Below are positions 22,435 through 24,164 of a DNA stretch of 24,164 nucleotides, one piece after another (positions within the stretch are counted from its first letter, which is position 1; every line of letters starts with the position of its first letter). Origin of the DNA: a virus (lineage: Duplodnaviria > Caudoviricetes); IMG/VR virus record IMGVR_UViG_3300030372_002601, positions 1 to 24,164 of that record. One strand, written 5' to 3'. The notes beneath the pieces were generated by a model. It made no database searches, was not told where the DNA came from, and saw only the letters and a list, made by a program, of their open reading frames with translations. The translations under genes were made by a program, and so were the position numbers.

Positions 22435-23139
22435 CTATGGGTTTGCTGAGTTTATTGGTATTCTGACTGTTCCGTCTGTGTAGTCGTCTCTTCGTCTTCT
22501 ACCGACTTGCTCATTAGCAAACTTCTGTACCTCTTGTTTATATTTATTTTCATACAAAGTCAACATGTCTATCGGGCCTTTTAAATAACCAAAAGCCTCT
22601 GATAGACAACAATATAATAGCCCATTTGGAAAATTAAGACTAATATAATTAGTATCATTGTTCTCTAACAATGCAGGTGCTGCATTAAAGTGAACTCTAA
22701 ATTTGTAAGTGGTATCAGGAACTGGAGCAAACATTATTCTTCCAGAGGTAGTGTCAGACTCTCCTGTTGCACCACCAAACATAGCATAATATTTAGGTTG
22801 TCCTCTTTTTGATGACTCTGTTGAAGAAATATATTCTTGTAAATAAGTAATGTCTTTTTTTTCTAAATAAGTGTTAGCTCCTGTAGTTGCTGAAGTAGAA
22901 TCATAAACTTGAATAGCTCTAATAAAAACTGATCCTGCTGGACAATTAATTGTTTCTTGACCTGCAACTAAATCACCTGTTTGTTGTTTTCTATCTGCAT
23001 CAATTGGCACATCTCTAAATATTCTATACTGTGCATTTAAAATTATATTCTCTAAAACAGAGTCTGTTAAAACATTAGAGTCTGTTTCAGTATAACTTTT
23101 AATCTGTGTTTTTAATCCCGATGCACTTAATCCAGCCAT
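22435..23139 (-). CDS. Head-tail adaptor / tail tubular A-like protein (234 aa)
   Basis: GQPKYYA ... FAPVPDTTY ... LLYCCLSEA ... YENKYKQ layout, typical of podophage adaptor proteins (recall plus synteny). Confidence 0.65.
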   Translation of the reverse strand: MAGLSASGLKTQIKSYTETDSNVLTDSVLENIILNAQYRIFRDVPIDADRKQQTGDLVAGQETINCPAGSVFIRAIQVYDSTSATTGANTYLEKKDITYLQEYISSTESSKRGQPKYYAMFGGATGESDTTSGRIMFAPVPDTTYKFRVHFNAAPALLENNDTNYISLNFPNGLLYCCLSEAFGYLKGPIDMLTLYENKYKQEVQKFANEQVGRRRRDDYTDGTVRIPINSANP

Positions 23140-23291
23140 TACTCAGATCCTTTTTTATGTTTTCTATTTATTTTATCTTGTTTACGACTTATAACTTCTT
23201 CGTACAGCTCAAGATGTTCATCTTGTTCTGGACAAGCACATTGTTTAATACCAAATATTTTACAAATAAAGTTCTTTAATTTTTTTATCAT
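23139..23291 (-). CDS. Hypothetical small basic protein (50 aa)
   Basis: Not in ORF track. MIKKLKNFICKIFGIKQCACPEQDEHLELYEEVISRKQDKINRKHKKGSE. ATGA overlap at the start, TAATG at the end. Confidence 0.7.
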   Translation of the reverse strand: MIKKLKNFICKIFGIKQCACPEQDEHLELYEEVISRKQDKINRKHKKGSE

Positions 23292-23785
23292 GCCGTTAAT
23301 GTAACTGGTCCTGCAGACACAGTTGGTCCTCCTGACTCTTCTGTTATACTAGGAGTTGCACCCAATGTAAATGTATACTTATCAGATGTTGTTACTGTTA
23401 TACTAAAACCACTAGAGTTTTCGTAAGTCGTAAATGCTACGCCACCTGGACTACCCACGACATTTCTAAATCTTACGGTATCACTTGTTGATCTACCGTG
23501 GTTTGGTTCTGAAACTGTAATTGTTTGTGATCCCGATGCAATAGAAAAAGGATTGTTTTTTAATAATGCAGCAACTGCAGGTTCTATTCTATCTGGTCTT
23601 ACATTACGTAAAGATATAGAATCACCATTCATTGGTTTTGGTTCTAATTGTGGTTGCTTTGGTTCAAACTCTGAAACATGGACAAAGGCACCATTCCATT
23701 CTCTAACCATTTCTTTGTATGGAAATTCCATACCTGATCTATCAGATATTGCTTTTGCGTATTTACCTGTTGCGTATTTTGCCAT
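23288..23785 (-). CDS. Conserved phage virion-module protein (165 aa) with C-terminal beta domain
   Basis: MAKYATGKYAKAISDRSG..F.Y ... EWNG ... E.K.PQL N-terminus; coupled at both ends. Confidence 0.75.
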   Translation of the reverse strand: MAKYATGKYAKAISDRSGMEFPYKEMVREWNGAFVHVSEFEPKQPQLEPKPMNGDSISLRNVRPDRIEPAVAALLKNNPFSIASGSQTITVSEPNHGRSTSDTVRFRNVVGSPGGVAFTTYENSSGFSITVTTSDKYTFTLGATPSITEESGGPTVSAGPVTLTA

Positions 23786-23943
23786 TAATCTTTACCTAAA
23801 GGTTTTTCAGGTTCTTGTATTTGTTGTGTTAATTTTAATATAGAGTTCATATCTAAAGCTCCTGCTAAAGAATCAAATTCATCTATACGTATTGGTCTTA
23901 GACCTAATTCTTTAGCTGCTCTTAAATAATCTTTATAATCCAT
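23785..23943 (-). CDS. Hypothetical protein (52 aa)
   Basis: Not in ORF track. MDYKDYLRAAKELGLRPIRIDEFDSLAGALDMNSILKLTQQIQEPEKPLGKD. TAATG overlaps at both ends. Confidence 0.75.
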   Translation of the reverse strand: MDYKDYLRAAKELGLRPIRIDEFDSLAGALDMNSILKLTQQIQEPEKPLGKD

Positions 23944-24164
23944 TATGATCCTGGGTAATAAGCTTTTGGTGTAATGTATGTGCTAGATGCAGATCCATCT
24001 TCTGCTAATGCTCTAGCAAATTCATCTTCATAGTACAACTTCATAGGTTGAACCATTTGTGGTTGATACTTTTGTGCTAAATAAAAAGCTAAACCAGATA
24101 CCATGCAAGGTACAAATCTAAATGGTACGTCTGTTGCATTCGTATAATCCCCAACATCTTGAAT
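23943..24164 (-). CDS. C-terminal part of a second adaptor-like protein (5' end outside window)
   Basis: Open frame IQDVGDYTNATDVPFRFVPCMVSGLAFYLAQKYQPQMVQPMKLYYEDEFARALAEDGSASSTYITPKAYYPGS*. Confidence 0.7.
   Translation of the reverse strand: MQDVGDYTNATDVPFRFVPCMVSGLAFYLAQKYQPQMVQPMKLYYEDEFARALAEDGSASSTYITPKAYYPGS

Overview
AT-rich fragment of a tailed dsDNA phage covering the virion-morphogenesis (late) region. By recalled similarity of gene content and order it most resembles marine HTVC010P-type pelagiphages (SAR11 podophages); this is an inference, not a search result. Almost all genes are on the minus strand and tightly coupled. In transcription order (right to left): two adaptor-like proteins, small structural proteins, tail/fibre proteins, a duplicated set of Gly/Pro-rich fibre-tip proteins and 'MAHFAEI' partners, an AT-rich island of six 2OG-Fe(II) oxygenases plus a sulfotransferase-like gene (one oxygenase inverted), a gp10-like tail hub, four candidate internal/ejection proteins, and a probable holin plus M15 peptidase endolysin. 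Six small or partial CDSs and the endolysin N-terminus, all missing from the ORF track, were added, and four starts were corrected. Two candidate novel systems stand out: (1) an internal-virion protein built as modules separated by a recurring R-x-[GM]-hydrophobic-x-x-G-G motif, with a perfect in-frame 22-bp DNA repeat; (2) an oxygenase/sulfotransferase cassette beside Ser-Pro-studded Gly-rich fibres, possibly modifying the virion. No tRNA, rRNA, CRISPR array, integrase or transposase was seen.
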